NCBI GenBank assembly: GCA_001822815.1 | Contig: MHSR01000008.1 | Location: 49,602 to 113,601 of the forward strand | DNA: 64,000 nucleotides | Direction of reading: 5' to 3' | Source: Candidatus Terrybacteria bacterium RIFCSPHIGHO2_01_FULL_43_35 | GTDB lineage: Bacteria > Patescibacteriota > Minisyncoccia > Terrybacterales > GWB1-40-14 | Shown here: positions 9,536-19,518 of the stretch, piece by piece | Layout: every line of letters starts with the position of its first letter | Numbering within the stretch: position 1 is the stretch's first letter | Notes under the pieces: model-generated | Database searches by the model: none | What the model was told of the DNA's origin: nothing | The model's input: only the letters and a program-made list of their open reading frames with translations | Made by a program: the position numbers and the translations under genes

Positions 9536-10165
9536 ATGATAGGCGCAAAATGTAAAATTTGCAGAAGGGCTGGTCAAAAATTGTTTTTGAAAGGGGACAG
9601 GTGTTTTAGTCCTAAGTGCGCTATAGTCAGAAGACCATATCCACCGGGGGTTCACGGGCAAAAATCACGGCCTTCCCGTTCCGAATTCGGACTACAGCTT
9701 GCGGAAAAGCGCAAGCTTGAAGCTTCTTATCATATCGATGAACGCGACTTAAAAAGGATAGTCAAAGAAGGCAGTAGCACGCGGCCTCAAAATTTGGATA
9801 TAGCCGATATGATAGTAAACCGTCTCGAATCTCGTTTAGATAACGTAATTTACAGATTAGGTTTTGTCGTATCAAGATCCGTTGCGAGACAGCTGGTTTC
9901 ACACGGCCATTTTTATATAAATGATCGGCGCATGGATATTCCTTCGTATTTACTTCGCATTGGTGATAAGGTTTCTATACGTCCGGCAAGTAAGGATAAG
10001 AGTCCGTTTAAAAATATGGCTTCGCATCTTGAAAAATACACCCCTCCTTCGTGGATTGAATTAGACAAACAAGAATTAAACGGGAAGGTTATTGGCGTTC
10101 CCAACCGTAGTGAAATTGGCTTGCCCGTGGATTTGAGCATGATTGTAGCTTATTATTCTCGTTAA
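9536..10165 (+). CDS. rpsD: 30S ribosomal protein S4 (zinc-binding type)
   Basis: CKICRR..KLFLKGDRC, LESRLDNVIYRLG, ARQLVSHGH. Confidence 0.97.
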   Translation: MIGAKCKICRRAGQKLFLKGDRCFSPKCAIVRRPYPPGVHGQKSRPSRSEFGLQLAEKRKLEASYHIDERDLKRIVKEGSSTRPQNLDIADMIVNRLESRLDNVIYRLGFVVSRSVARQLVSHGHFYINDRRMDIPSYLLRIGDKVSIRPASKDKSPFKNMASHLEKYTPPSWIELDKQELNGKVIGVPNRSEIGLPVDLSMIVAYYSR

Positions 10166-10200
10166 TATTTTATCTTTTATTTTGTTAAATCATCAAAATT

Positions 10201-10956
10201 ATGATTTCTTTACCAACCAAACCAGCAATTATTAAACACGAAGGCAATAATGCCGTATTTGAAATAACACAACTTTATCCAGGTTACGGTGTAACATTAG
10301 GCAACGTTTTAAGAAGAATACTGTTATCTTCTTTGCCTGGAGCCGCGGTGACCGAAGTTAAAATAAGGAATATTGACCACGAGTTCACATCTATACCAGG
10401 AGTAAAAGAAAATGTTGTTGATCTTTTACTTAACGTCAAGAAGCTTAGGTTTAGAGTAAACGGTAATGAACCACAGAATGTTAAGCTTGAAGTTAAAGGA
10501 GAAAGAAAAGTTAGTGGAGTGGATCTTGAAGCTCCCGGTCAAGTCGAAGTGGTTTCAACTCAAGAACACATTGCCACTCTTACTGATAAGAAGGCAGAGT
10601 TGTATATGGAGCTGACTGTTGAAAGCGGCGTGGGTTATCTGCCAGTTGAAATGAGAAAAAAGGAAAAGCTTTCTGTCGGCAATATTTCCGTGGACGCCAT
10701 TTTTACTCCAGTCAGGAAGGTCAATTTTTCTGTAGAAAATATGCGCGTTGGCGACAGAACAGATTACAATCGTTTGATTTTAGAAATAGAGACCGATGGA
10801 ACTATTTCTCCTGAAAATGCTTTGATCGGAGCGGCAACAATTTTGGTTGAACAGGCTGCGGCAATAGCCGATTGGTCTCTGCCACCAAGGGAAGGATTGG
10901 AATTGAAAACATTGAGTGACGGCGTAGCAAAAAAGACTAAACGTTCTAAGAAGTAA
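10201..10956 (+). CDS. rpoA: RNA polymerase subunit alpha, NTD only
   Basis: GYGVTLGNVLRRILLSSLPGAAV, HEFTSIPGVKE, VDAIFTPV. Stops at 251 aa. Confidence 0.95.
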   Translation: MISLPTKPAIIKHEGNNAVFEITQLYPGYGVTLGNVLRRILLSSLPGAAVTEVKIRNIDHEFTSIPGVKENVVDLLLNVKKLRFRVNGNEPQNVKLEVKGERKVSGVDLEAPGQVEVVSTQEHIATLTDKKAELYMELTVESGVGYLPVEMRKKEKLSVGNISVDAIFTPVRKVNFSVENMRVGDRTDYNRLILEIETDGTISPENALIGAATILVEQAAAIADWSLPPREGLELKTLSDGVAKKTKRSKK

Positions 10957-10976
10957 TTTATAAGGATAACCGCGTC

Positions 10977-11324
10977 ATGCGCAAGAGGAAAAGAGGGAGA
11001 AAATTTCATCGCGAGAGTTCACAAAGAAAAGCTATGATGTCTCATTTGACATCAGCTTTATTCATTAACGGAAAAATAAAAACTACCGAAGCCAAGGCAA
11101 AAGAACTGAAGCCTCTAGCCGAGCAGATGATAACACGAGCTAAAAAAGGAACCTTGGCAAATCGCAGGCAACTAGCACAAACACTTCCCAATAAAGTCGT
11201 TAAGGTTTTGGTTGATGAAATAGCGCCGAGACTATCCGCAAGAAACGGCGGCTATACGCGTATTACTAAATTGGCTGCCAGAAAAAGCGATGGCGCGTCA
11301 CAGGCCGTGATAGAAATCATGTAA
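10977..11324 (+). CDS. rplQ: 50S ribosomal protein L17
   Basis: IKTTEAKAKELK, RNGGYTRI. Confidence 0.97.
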   Translation: MRKRKRGRKFHRESSQRKAMMSHLTSALFINGKIKTTEAKAKELKPLAEQMITRAKKGTLANRRQLAQTLPNKVVKVLVDEIAPRLSARNGGYTRITKLAARKSDGASQAVIEIM

Positions 11325-11337
11325 ACATTTTCCAAAT

Positions 11338-11703
11338 ATGCAGAGAAAAAATATCACCATTGATGCTTCCGGCAAAAAAGTAGGCCGTTTGGCTGTTCAG
11401 ATAGCAAATATTTTGCGCGGTAAAGACGCGTCTAATTTTGCGCCCAATCTTGATCCCGGCGTCAGTGTCTCGGTTATCAATGTGGGCAGAATGGAATTTT
11501 CCAAACGAAAACAGCGCAGCAAGACATATTGGCGACATTCTGGTTATCTTGGAGGTATTAAATTTACCTCCGCTGAATATCTATGGAAGAAAAACCCCAA
11601 TGAAGTATTACGTCGAGCGATTTGGGGCATGTTGCCGAGTAATCGTTTACGGGCAAGAATGATGAGACATTTGGAAATTTTATCTGGAGAAAAGAATAAA
11701 TAA
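11338..11703 (+). CDS. rplM: 50S ribosomal protein L13 (compact)
   Basis: IDASGKKVGRLA, LRGK, YWRHSGYLGGIK, AIWGMLP. Confidence 0.95.
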   Translation: MQRKNITIDASGKKVGRLAVQIANILRGKDASNFAPNLDPGVSVSVINVGRMEFSKRKQRSKTYWRHSGYLGGIKFTSAEYLWKKNPNEVLRRAIWGMLPSNRLRARMMRHLEILSGEKNK

Positions 11704-11714
11704 AGTTGTAAAAT

Positions 11715-12245
11715 ATGCCCAAAAAGGTTGCTACAACAAAGAAAAAGAAACCTAAAGCTAAAATTACTCATTCCGTATCAAAAACGGCAGAACATTCTGT
11801 TATTGAGGAAATTAAACCAGATTTGAAAAAGACGAGCGAAGATAAAGGGAAAGAAAAATTCTTTTCAGCCGTGGGAAGACGCAAAACCGCTATCGCCAGA
11901 GTCCGTCTCTTTACTAAAGGAGATAAAGGTGCAGTAGTCAACGGTAAATCTTTGGATGACTATTTCCACAATAATCTTGAGTTCGCCACGCTCGCGGCTT
12001 CATCATTAAGTCGCATGAAGGTTACAGATAAATTTCGCGCTATAATCAATGTTTCTGGTGGCGGTCTTCATGCGCAAGCCGAAGCCATAAGGCATGCCAC
12101 AGCGCGAGCCCTTGTTTTGTTTAATCCCGACTTCAGAAAGAGATTAAAGAGAGCCGGATTCTTAACTCGCGATTCACGCATGGTTGAACGCAAGAAATAC
12201 GGATTAAAAAAGGCTCGCCGAGCCCCGCAGTGGCAGAAACGATAG
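11715..12245 (+). CDS. rpsI: 30S ribosomal protein S9 with an N-terminal extension
   Basis: GRRKTAIARV, GGGLHAQAEAIRH, ERKKYGLKKARRAPQWQKR. Confidence 0.97.
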   Translation: MPKKVATTKKKKPKAKITHSVSKTAEHSVIEEIKPDLKKTSEDKGKEKFFSAVGRRKTAIARVRLFTKGDKGAVVNGKSLDDYFHNNLEFATLAASSLSRMKVTDKFRAIINVSGGGLHAQAEAIRHATARALVLFNPDFRKRLKRAGFLTRDSRMVERKKYGLKKARRAPQWQKR

Positions 12246-12297
12246 CATTGTTGACAGTGTTATTAATTTGTTAGGACTAACAGAAAATAAAAGATTT

Positions 12298-12325
12298 AAA
12301 AATCACTTGATGATAAGTGGTTTTT
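12298..12325. terminator. Bidirectional terminator between convergent genes
   Basis: aaaaatcactt-gatgat-aagtggttttt. Confidence 0.65.
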
Positions 12326-12335
12326 ATATATGTGT

Positions 12336-13745
12336 CTAAAATCCAAATAAACCTTCAATGCGCGGAACTTCGGTTGAATAAAGTTCCTTACCATCTGTGG
12401 CTAAAAATTCCTGGGTTTGGCGCAGGGCTTGTATTTTAGTCGCGTCATTCAGCAGTATTCCGGTGTTGATATTATCCCTGACATCTATCTCATATATCAG
12501 AAGCCTATTCCCATCTTGAATCATCACATGCTCGTTTTGATGATGCCACCAGACATTGCTTAATTCTGTGCTCAACCTTGCAATAAGATCATGACTTCCG
12601 GTTTTGTGGTCGGGATTAAAAATATCCTTTAGGTAATAGATAAGTATTTCATGATCAGAAGCCAGTAGAACCTTTTTGTTATCTGCAGAGAAAGAAAGAT
12701 GATTTATATTGTCAGCTATCGGCTCAAAGCTCCCGTTTTGTTTGTTTAGAAGCCAAATATGCCCTCCGTTAATTCTTTGTACGGCAACGTTTTCCCCTTG
12801 TTCGTCAACAAAAATTCTAATATCTGCTCCATCTTGGAAGGGTAGCGTATATGGCGAAATTTGTTTAAGTCCAGAACCGTCAGGTTCAATACGCAAAACC
12901 ATATTCGCCTTATCAACAAAAAATATTTCTTTAGACGTTGCAGCAAAAGCTTTTACGTCTTTGGCTATTTCATGTGGTGCGGAAAATATATTTTTATCTC
13001 TTTTATAATCCACACTTGCTAATGAAGGCAGTTTGTCGTTGCGCCTTTCTATTAATCCAGCAACAAAAACGCCATTCGCTGACAAAAGTTCAGGGTTTTT
13101 CAAACCGAAAATTGATGCGGGGTTGTAGGGACTTGTTTTATAAATATCCAGTAGTTCGGTTTTGATCGCACCGGAATTACTTTCATTAATAAGCAGGAAA
13201 TTGCCATCTGGCGACCATTCTTGAGGCAAAGCCTTTAGGGTCCAAGGTAAGAATGCGTCATTGCCTCGATCCCATATTTTTATCTTGCCGGATGAATATT
13301 TTAGCGCCACTGTGTTTCCTTTAGGTGCGGCCGAAAAATCAACAATATTTTCCGGATCTTGAGATGTTAGCAGAATCTTTTTATCTATCTTTTGCGGCAA
13401 CAATAGTATGTTGGCAAACCGCGCTGTTTTTTCTGAATCAATATTTACTTCTTTTTGCCAACTATCAAATCCTTCTTTTTCTACGCGGATTTTTTTTATT
13501 CCAGGTAGCAAGTTTCTTATAAGGACGCTTGAATTAATGGGAGAAACGGTTTTTTCAAGATTATTATCAATAAATATTCTTGCTCCGCGTACATTCATAT
13601 TCAAAAATACCGCTCCTGTTTGAACAAGTTTTCTTTGGTTAATATCTAATCTCCAGCCATTGGCATAAAGCAATAGCGAAGGCGCGGCAACCGCAAATAC
13701 GCATATAAATAGAGCAAATATTACTAAGCGGAGTCTGGACATCAC
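12336..13745 (-). CDS. Membrane-anchored PEGA-domain protein with a beta-propeller
   Basis: N-terminal TM helix, YANGWRLD..QTGAV, NLLPG..IRVEKEGFDSWQK (PEGA), WSPDG and FSAD repeats. Confidence 0.75.
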   Translation of the reverse strand: MMSRLRLVIFALFICVFAVAAPSLLLYANGWRLDINQRKLVQTGAVFLNMNVRGARIFIDNNLEKTVSPINSSVLIRNLLPGIKKIRVEKEGFDSWQKEVNIDSEKTARFANILLLPQKIDKKILLTSQDPENIVDFSAAPKGNTVALKYSSGKIKIWDRGNDAFLPWTLKALPQEWSPDGNFLLINESNSGAIKTELLDIYKTSPYNPASIFGLKNPELLSANGVFVAGLIERRNDKLPSLASVDYKRDKNIFSAPHEIAKDVKAFAATSKEIFFVDKANMVLRIEPDGSGLKQISPYTLPFQDGADIRIFVDEQGENVAVQRINGGHIWLLNKQNGSFEPIADNINHLSFSADNKKVLLASDHEILIYYLKDIFNPDHKTGSHDLIARLSTELSNVWWHHQNEHVMIQDGNRLLIYEIDVRDNINTGILLNDATKIQALRQTQEFLATDGKELYSTEVPRIEGLFGF

Positions 13746-13756
13746 CTATTAGTATA

Positions 13757-13790
13757 ACCCGCCCAGCCTTAATTTTTAAATTAGAGCTGA
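13757..13790. repeat. Truncated palindromic REP-like repeat abutting MITE A2
   Basis: acccgcccagccttaatttttaaattagagctg matches the reverse complement of 33971-34014. Confidence 0.55.
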
Positions 13791-13795
13791 GCTTG

Positions 13796-13923
13796 CCCCG
13801 TTAGAAATTTACAGCAGTTATTTCATATTTGTTGTAAATCTAGGCCTTTGTGGCATATGCAACAGTGAGAAAAGGCCGTTGCCTTTTCTCACGGCTAGAT
13901 ATCACCGTAAACTTCTAACGGGG
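13796..13923. mobile_element. MITE-like element, family A copy 2 (128 bp)
   Basis: Same TIRs as copy 1, flanked by the direct repeat cttg, with a conserved internal hairpin gagaaaaggc-N4-gccttttctc. Confidence 0.8.
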
Positions 13924-13924
13924 C

Positions 13925-13953
13925 TTGCTATATATGTATAATTGGGTTATTAT
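13925..13953 (+). promoter_or_regulatory. Promoter of the murA operon
   Basis: ttgcta-17 nt-tattat. Confidence 0.5.
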
Positions 13954-14002
13954 TTTGTTGGCTGGCCTTAATTTTTAACTATTTTTAAGCGCCTCCAATT
14001 TC

Positions 14003-15271
14003 ATGAACGGCCGTTTCTTAATAAAAGGTGGAAGGGCATTAAATGGCGACGTTTCGGTTTGGGGTTCAAAGAACTCCGCCACGAAGCTTCTTGCCGCTTG
14101 CCTTTTGACTAAAGAACCTTGTTATATAGAAAATGTTCCCAAGATTGCCGACGTTTTTACAATGATAGATATTTTAAGAGGTCTTGGGGCCGATATAGAA
14201 TGGAATAATGAGCGATCATTACATGTTGTCTGTGCCAACATTAATCCTGAAAAACTTAATAGAGAATTAGTCGGTCATTTGCGCTCATCGGTTGTGTTGC
14301 TGGGACCGCTTTTTGCAAGATTCCACGAGGTTAAATCTCCCTATCCCGGTGGTGATCGTATAGGCGCCCGTCCCATAAAAACCCATCTGGACGTTTTTCG
14401 TGCTTTGGGTGCCGAAATTTTAGAGGAATCTGATGGCGTAACTATAAAAAGAGACTCTGTCGTGTCTGGTAGCAAAGTAGTCCTGCGTGAGCTTTCGGTG
14501 ACGGCTACGGAAAACGCTTTAATGGCCGCAAGTCTTGTAACGCATGAAACTAAAATTTATATCGCGGCGGCAGAGCCCAGTATTCATGACTTGATTGCCT
14601 TTTTAAGAAGTATGGGCGTGGATATCAGTGGAGACGGAACCCACACTTTGGTTGTTCGCGGTAAGGAAAAGTTGGGCGGAGGCAGGTTGGCGGTTAGCCC
14701 GGATTATTTAGATGCGGCAACATTTACCATTGCGGCTATCGCGACAAAAGGCCATGTTAAAATCCATGGCTCAAATCCGGATCATTTGCTGTTGGTTTTT
14801 GAAAAATTAAAAGAAATGGGCGCAGACATAAGGCTTAATAAGGACGTTATAGAGATAGTGCCAGTTAGTGCTCCGCTTCGCGCAGTTAATATACAAGCGA
14901 TGGTCTATCCCGGCATACCCACCGATCTGCAGTCTATTTTTGGAGTTTTGGCAACTCAGATGGTAGGCACAACTCTTATACACGACCCTCTTTTTGAAGG
15001 ACGATTCCGTTATATAGAAGAGCTTAACCGCATGGGTGCCAACGCTTTTGTTATAGACCCCCATCGTGCTTTAATAAATGGGCCAACGGCCCTGACCGGT
15101 ATTCCTATAAGTAGTTTGGACATAAGAAGTGGCGCTGCTCTGGTAATAGCGGGGTTGGTTGCAAACGGTGAGACCTTGATTAATGATGTTTATCAGATAG
15201 ATCGCGGCTATGAAGCTATTGATCAGCGTTTAAAGATACTAGGAGCGGACATAATAAGATTGTCGGAATAA
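14003..15271 (+). CDS. murA: UDP-N-acetylglucosamine 1-carboxyvinyltransferase
   Basis: GSKNS, PGGDRIGARP, SVTATEN, YPGIPTDLQ, FEGRF, DIRSG, IDRGYE. Confidence 0.96.
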   Translation: MNGRFLIKGGRALNGDVSVWGSKNSATKLLAACLLTKEPCYIENVPKIADVFTMIDILRGLGADIEWNNERSLHVVCANINPEKLNRELVGHLRSSVVLLGPLFARFHEVKSPYPGGDRIGARPIKTHLDVFRALGAEILEESDGVTIKRDSVVSGSKVVLRELSVTATENALMAASLVTHETKIYIAAAEPSIHDLIAFLRSMGVDISGDGTHTLVVRGKEKLGGGRLAVSPDYLDAATFTIAAIATKGHVKIHGSNPDHLLLVFEKLKEMGADIRLNKDVIEIVPVSAPLRAVNIQAMVYPGIPTDLQSIFGVLATQMVGTTLIHDPLFEGRFRYIEELNRMGANAFVIDPHRALINGPTALTGIPISSLDIRSGAALVIAGLVANGETLINDVYQIDRGYEAIDQRLKILGADIIRLSE

Positions 15272-15313
15272 AATATACGCTAAAAATATAATTTAATTTT
15301 AAATTCTGTGCAC

Positions 15314-16330
15314 ATGTCCTTATTTATTAAAAAATTAGGAATAGATCTTGGCACCACCAATTCTTTGGTGTTTGTCCCCGGCAAAGGAATTATTTTAAAC
15401 GAGCCTACGGTCGTAGCCATTTCTACCATCGATAATAAAGTTCTTGCCGTGGGTGCGGAAGCCAAAGAAATGATCGGTCGCACGCCAGAGACAATCGTTG
15501 CTCATCGTCCAATGAAGGACGGTGTTATTTCCGATTACCGCATAACCGAAGCCATGCTGCGCTATTTTATAGGGCGGGCCGTGGGCTCTTTTATGATTCT
15601 AAAGCCGGATGTTATGGTGTCTGTTCCGGCCGGTATCACCTCAACCGAGAGACGGGCGGTAACTGAAGCGACGGTTCGTTCGGGCGCCAAAGCGGCTTAT
15701 GTCGTTAAAGAACCTATTTTAGCGGCTATAGGCGCAGGGTTGCCGATAAATTCCGCTTACGGAAACATGATTGTTAATATAGGCGGCGGCACTAGCGAAG
15801 TTGCCGTAATCGCCCTTGGCGGTATTGTCAGTTGGGCTTCGGTGCGCGTGGCGGGAAATAAAATAGATCAGGCCATCGCCGATTATATAAAGAAAAAGCA
15901 CAATCTTGCTATTGGCGAGCGCACGGCGGAATATATAAAAGTTAACATTGGCAGTGCTGTGGCCGAAAAAGGTAAAGACGAGAGTATGGAAATAAGAGGT
16001 CGCGATCTCTTAAATGGTTTGCCGCGTACCATAGTCGTAAAATCCAGCGAAATCACCGAGGCAATTTACGATCCTTTAAGAGAAATAATTCTTGCTATAA
16101 AGACCGTATTGCGGGAAACGCCTCCGGAATTAGCCGCTGACATAATTGAGCACGGCATGGTTCTGTCTGGCGGCACGGCTTTGTTGCGTAATATTGATCA
16201 ATTTATAAGCACATCCTGTGGTGTTAATGCCAGTGTTGCTGATGAACCGTTGTTATGCGTCGCCAAGGGTACCGGAGTCGCGCTTGAAAATTTAGACGCA
16301 TATAAGAAAAGCATCATTACGCGTAGGTAA
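15314..16330 (+). CDS. mreB: Rod shape-determining protein, MreB/Mbl paralog 1
   Basis: GIDLGTTN, IGRTP, ITSTERRAV, IGGGTSE, ETPPELAAD, GGTALL. Confidence 0.92.
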   Translation: MSLFIKKLGIDLGTTNSLVFVPGKGIILNEPTVVAISTIDNKVLAVGAEAKEMIGRTPETIVAHRPMKDGVISDYRITEAMLRYFIGRAVGSFMILKPDVMVSVPAGITSTERRAVTEATVRSGAKAAYVVKEPILAAIGAGLPINSAYGNMIVNIGGGTSEVAVIALGGIVSWASVRVAGNKIDQAIADYIKKKHNLAIGERTAEYIKVNIGSAVAEKGKDESMEIRGRDLLNGLPRTIVVKSSEITEAIYDPLREIILAIKTVLRETPPELAADIIEHGMVLSGGTALLRNIDQFISTSCGVNASVADEPLLCVAKGTGVALENLDAYKKSIITRR

Positions 16331-16334
16331 ATGT

Positions 16335-17438
16335 ATGATTATCGGAGTACATGCCGGAAGCCAAATAAACGGTTTGCGCACTGGGGTTGAAGAATATATA
16401 TATCAGCTTTCGCGAAGTTTTAGTCAATTGGCAGATGCCAAAAAGCATACATTTATTTTTTATAGCAAGGACGGCAATATTCTAGATCAGTCATTGATCG
16501 CTAAAGATAACGGCCCGGAGGCGGGCCGCTTTGTTTCCAAAAAGTTGCGCTGGCCATTTTTTTGGACGCAAATGCGTCTTTCCGCCGAATGCATACTTAA
16601 TCCGCCGGATGTTTTATTTTCACCTGTTCAGGTTCCACCTCTTTTGACAAAAGTCAAAACAGTTATAACTGTCCATGGTTTAGAATTCTTGTATTTTCCG
16701 GATAAGTATTCCGCATTTAACCATAGCTATCTTTATTGGGGAACGCGAGCAGCATTAAAAAAAGCCGCGCATATAATCGCCGTATCCGAATCCACTAAAG
16801 CTGACTTGATAAATTATTTCAATCAGGATCCGACCAAGATCAGTGTTGTATACCATGGTTTCTCATCTCCAGAAAAAAATACGCCCTCCGCTCATGCTTT
16901 GGATGCGCCGTATTTTATATATATAGGCCGCATTGAAACCAAGAAGAATGTTGACGGCTTAATCCAAGCATTTGATATGTTTAAACAGCGCAAAGGGAGT
17001 GATCACCAATTGATGCTAGTAGGTAAAAATGGGTTTGGGTTTGATTCTATTTTGAAAGCGGCTAAAGAGTCAAAGAGTTTTAAAGACGTCATATTCGCCG
17101 GCTATTTAGATGAAGAGAGTAAATGGCGTTTGCTGCGGTATGCTGAAGCTTTAGTTTTCCCATCGTGGTATGAAGGTTTTGGCTTGCCGATACTTGAGGC
17201 TCAGGCTTTAGGCGTCCCCGTCATTTGCGGCAATAATTCCAGCATGCCGGAAGTTGCCGGCCAAGGCGCAATATTTGTTGATGTGTCGTCCGCTGACCAG
17301 ATAGCTGAAGCTTTGGATAAAATTTCATCGGATAAATATTTACGTCGTGATATAATTGATAAAGGTACAGATAATTCAAGACGTTTCAGTTGGGAACATT
17401 GCGCTCAAAATACGTTACAGATTCTTACGCAAATATGA
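16335..17438 (+). CDS. Glycosyltransferase family 4
   Basis: TGVEEY, TVHG, IAVSESTK, IGRIETKKN, FPSWYEGFGLPILEA. Confidence 0.9.
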   Translation: MIIGVHAGSQINGLRTGVEEYIYQLSRSFSQLADAKKHTFIFYSKDGNILDQSLIAKDNGPEAGRFVSKKLRWPFFWTQMRLSAECILNPPDVLFSPVQVPPLLTKVKTVITVHGLEFLYFPDKYSAFNHSYLYWGTRAALKKAAHIIAVSESTKADLINYFNQDPTKISVVYHGFSSPEKNTPSAHALDAPYFIYIGRIETKKNVDGLIQAFDMFKQRKGSDHQLMLVGKNGFGFDSILKAAKESKSFKDVIFAGYLDEESKWRLLRYAEALVFPSWYEGFGLPILEAQALGVPVICGNNSSMPEVAGQGAIFVDVSSADQIAEALDKISSDKYLRRDIIDKGTDNSRRFSWEHCAQNTLQILTQI

Positions 17439-18562
17439 AAATAGCATTAGTCCACGATTATTTAGTTCGTTTTGGCGGCGCGGAACGCGTGCTTTTTTCC
17501 ATACATAAGATTTTTCCGCGGGCGCCTATTTTCACGTTAGTATGGGATGAAAGGAAAATGCGTCAATATTTTCCGGATGCTAAAATTAAGCCATCTTTTT
17601 TAAATAAGTTTCCTAAATTTTTAAGTTTAAATCCACGCAGGCTGGCCTTTTTGTTGCCCATGGCCGTTGAGTCTATCGATTTCTCCGATTATGACATGGT
17701 GATTTCTTCATCTTCCGCTTTTGTTAAGGGAATTGTAACGCGTACTAATACCGTTCACATATGTTATTGCCATGCGCCATCAAGATTCATGTGGGAATGG
17801 TCTCATAATTATTTAAAGGATAGACGGTTTAATCGATTTTCACGTCCGTTTGCATCGTTTTTTTTGAATTACTTGCGTATATGGGACGTAAACGCTGCAC
17901 AGCGAGTGGATCATTTTCTGGCTAATTCTAATTTTACCGCCTCCCGCATCCATAAGTATTACCGTAAGGATTCTACGGTTCTTTATCCACCAGTGCGCCG
18001 GTCAGAAATCGCAATTGGCGGGGATAATCCTCTTGGTGATAAAAAATTCTTTATCATCGTTTCGCAATTGGCAAACGCCAAGCGTATAGATTTAGCGATT
18101 AATGCTTTCAAGAAGCTTGAAATACCCTTGGTAATAATAGGGGAAGGACCAGAAAAAAGAAGACTTGAAAAAGCAGCCGGTAAAGAAACAATATTTCTTG
18201 GACGTTTATCCGATCAAGAAGTGGATAAATACTTGGCGCACGCTCAGGGCTTTATTTTTCCAGGCGAGGACGATTTTGGTATAGCTCCAGTTGAGGCAAT
18301 GATGCACGGCAAACCGGTGCTGGCTTTGCGCAAAGGCGGGGCCACGGAAACAGTAATTGAAGGAGTGACCGGAGAGTTTTTTGATTCTTTGGACGTTGAG
18401 ACTATTGCCGATGGTGTCAGGCGCATGCGTAAAAATATATCTGAAGGCAAATATGATCCGAGAACCATCAAAAATCACGCCGAGAAATTTTCTGAAGAAC
18501 AATTTAAGCTCGGGTTGCTAGATTTTTTGAAGGAGCTGGAAATAACTAATGCGAGGCAATAA
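17435..18562 (+). CDS. Glycosyltransferase family 4
   Basis: MKIALVHDYLVRFGGAERV, CYCHAPSR, EDDFGIAPVEAM. ATGA overlap with the previous gene. Confidence 0.9.
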   Translation: MKIALVHDYLVRFGGAERVLFSIHKIFPRAPIFTLVWDERKMRQYFPDAKIKPSFLNKFPKFLSLNPRRLAFLLPMAVESIDFSDYDMVISSSSAFVKGIVTRTNTVHICYCHAPSRFMWEWSHNYLKDRRFNRFSRPFASFFLNYLRIWDVNAAQRVDHFLANSNFTASRIHKYYRKDSTVLYPPVRRSEIAIGGDNPLGDKKFFIIVSQLANAKRIDLAINAFKKLEIPLVIIGEGPEKRRLEKAAGKETIFLGRLSDQEVDKYLAHAQGFIFPGEDDFGIAPVEAMMHGKPVLALRKGGATETVIEGVTGEFFDSLDVETIADGVRRMRKNISEGKYDPRTIKNHAEKFSEEQFKLGLLDFLKELEITNARQ

Positions 18563-18577
18563 GTATTAATTAAAATC

Positions 18578-19501
18578 ATGATGTTTGGACACGAAAAAGT
18601 AATTACTTACCTTGATCGCCTTATCCAAAAAGATAAGCTTGCCCACGCTTATGCTTTTTGCGGACCTGAAAATGTTGGCAAGCGCAGTACGGCTATTTAT
18701 ATTGCCCAAAATATTTTTTGTGCAGATGCCATGGACGTTCTTCACGATAGGATTAAATGTTCAATCTGCTTTGCTATAACCCAAGGGAATCACAAGAATG
18801 TTATTTTGCTGGACCCCGAAGCGGCTGCCGGCAAACTGAATATCTCTATTTCTGTTATACGCAAATTACGTCAAAGCCTTATCTTGAAAGAAATGGAAGG
18901 ACGCAAACGTATAATTATAATTGATGGTGCAGAATATATGAATAACGAAGCCGCAAACGCATTCTTGAAAGTTTTGGAAGAACCAAGGAGTCATATACAT
19001 TTTTTTCTTATGTGCGGCAGTCAATCTGCCCTCATGTCCACCATTGTTTCGCGTCTGCAATGCGTTAGATTCAATACCGTTTCTAATGTTAAAATAGAAA
19101 CAGCTTTGATTGATTACGGTCTTTCCGCTAAAATAGCCAGGGAATATACGCATTTAAGTTACGGTCGTCCCGGACGAGCCATCTCATTTGTGAAAAACCC
19201 AGCTTTATTTATGCGTGCGCAAGAAGAGGCCAAGCATGCTCACTATCTAATATCAGATTTTATAACTGAACGCATGAAATTGATTACTAGTTTATCTGGT
19301 GAAACAAACGATGCTTATGCGCAGCTGAATAGTTGGCTATTGGCCCTTGCAAAAATTCTTGAGGATCAAACAAAAAATGGAGACAGTCGTTCTCAAAGCA
19401 CCGCGCGTCGTATAAAAGATTTATTAGCTGCAGCCCGGTTGCTTAATAGCACAAATATAAATTTGCGTCTTGCGCTTGAGAAGATAATTTTTTCGTTTTA
19501 A
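18578..19501 (+). CDS. holB: DNA polymerase III delta' subunit
   Basis: HAYAFCGPENVGK, IIIDGAEYMNNEAANAFLKVLEEP, TIVSRLQ. Confidence 0.88.
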   Translation: MMFGHEKVITYLDRLIQKDKLAHAYAFCGPENVGKRSTAIYIAQNIFCADAMDVLHDRIKCSICFAITQGNHKNVILLDPEAAAGKLNISISVIRKLRQSLILKEMEGRKRIIIIDGAEYMNNEAANAFLKVLEEPRSHIHFFLMCGSQSALMSTIVSRLQCVRFNTVSNVKIETALIDYGLSAKIAREYTHLSYGRPGRAISFVKNPALFMRAQEEAKHAHYLISDFITERMKLITSLSGETNDAYAQLNSWLLALAKILEDQTKNGDSRSQSTARRIKDLLAAARLLNSTNINLRLALEKIIFSF

Positions 19502-19518
19502 TGCAATTATTTATTTGA

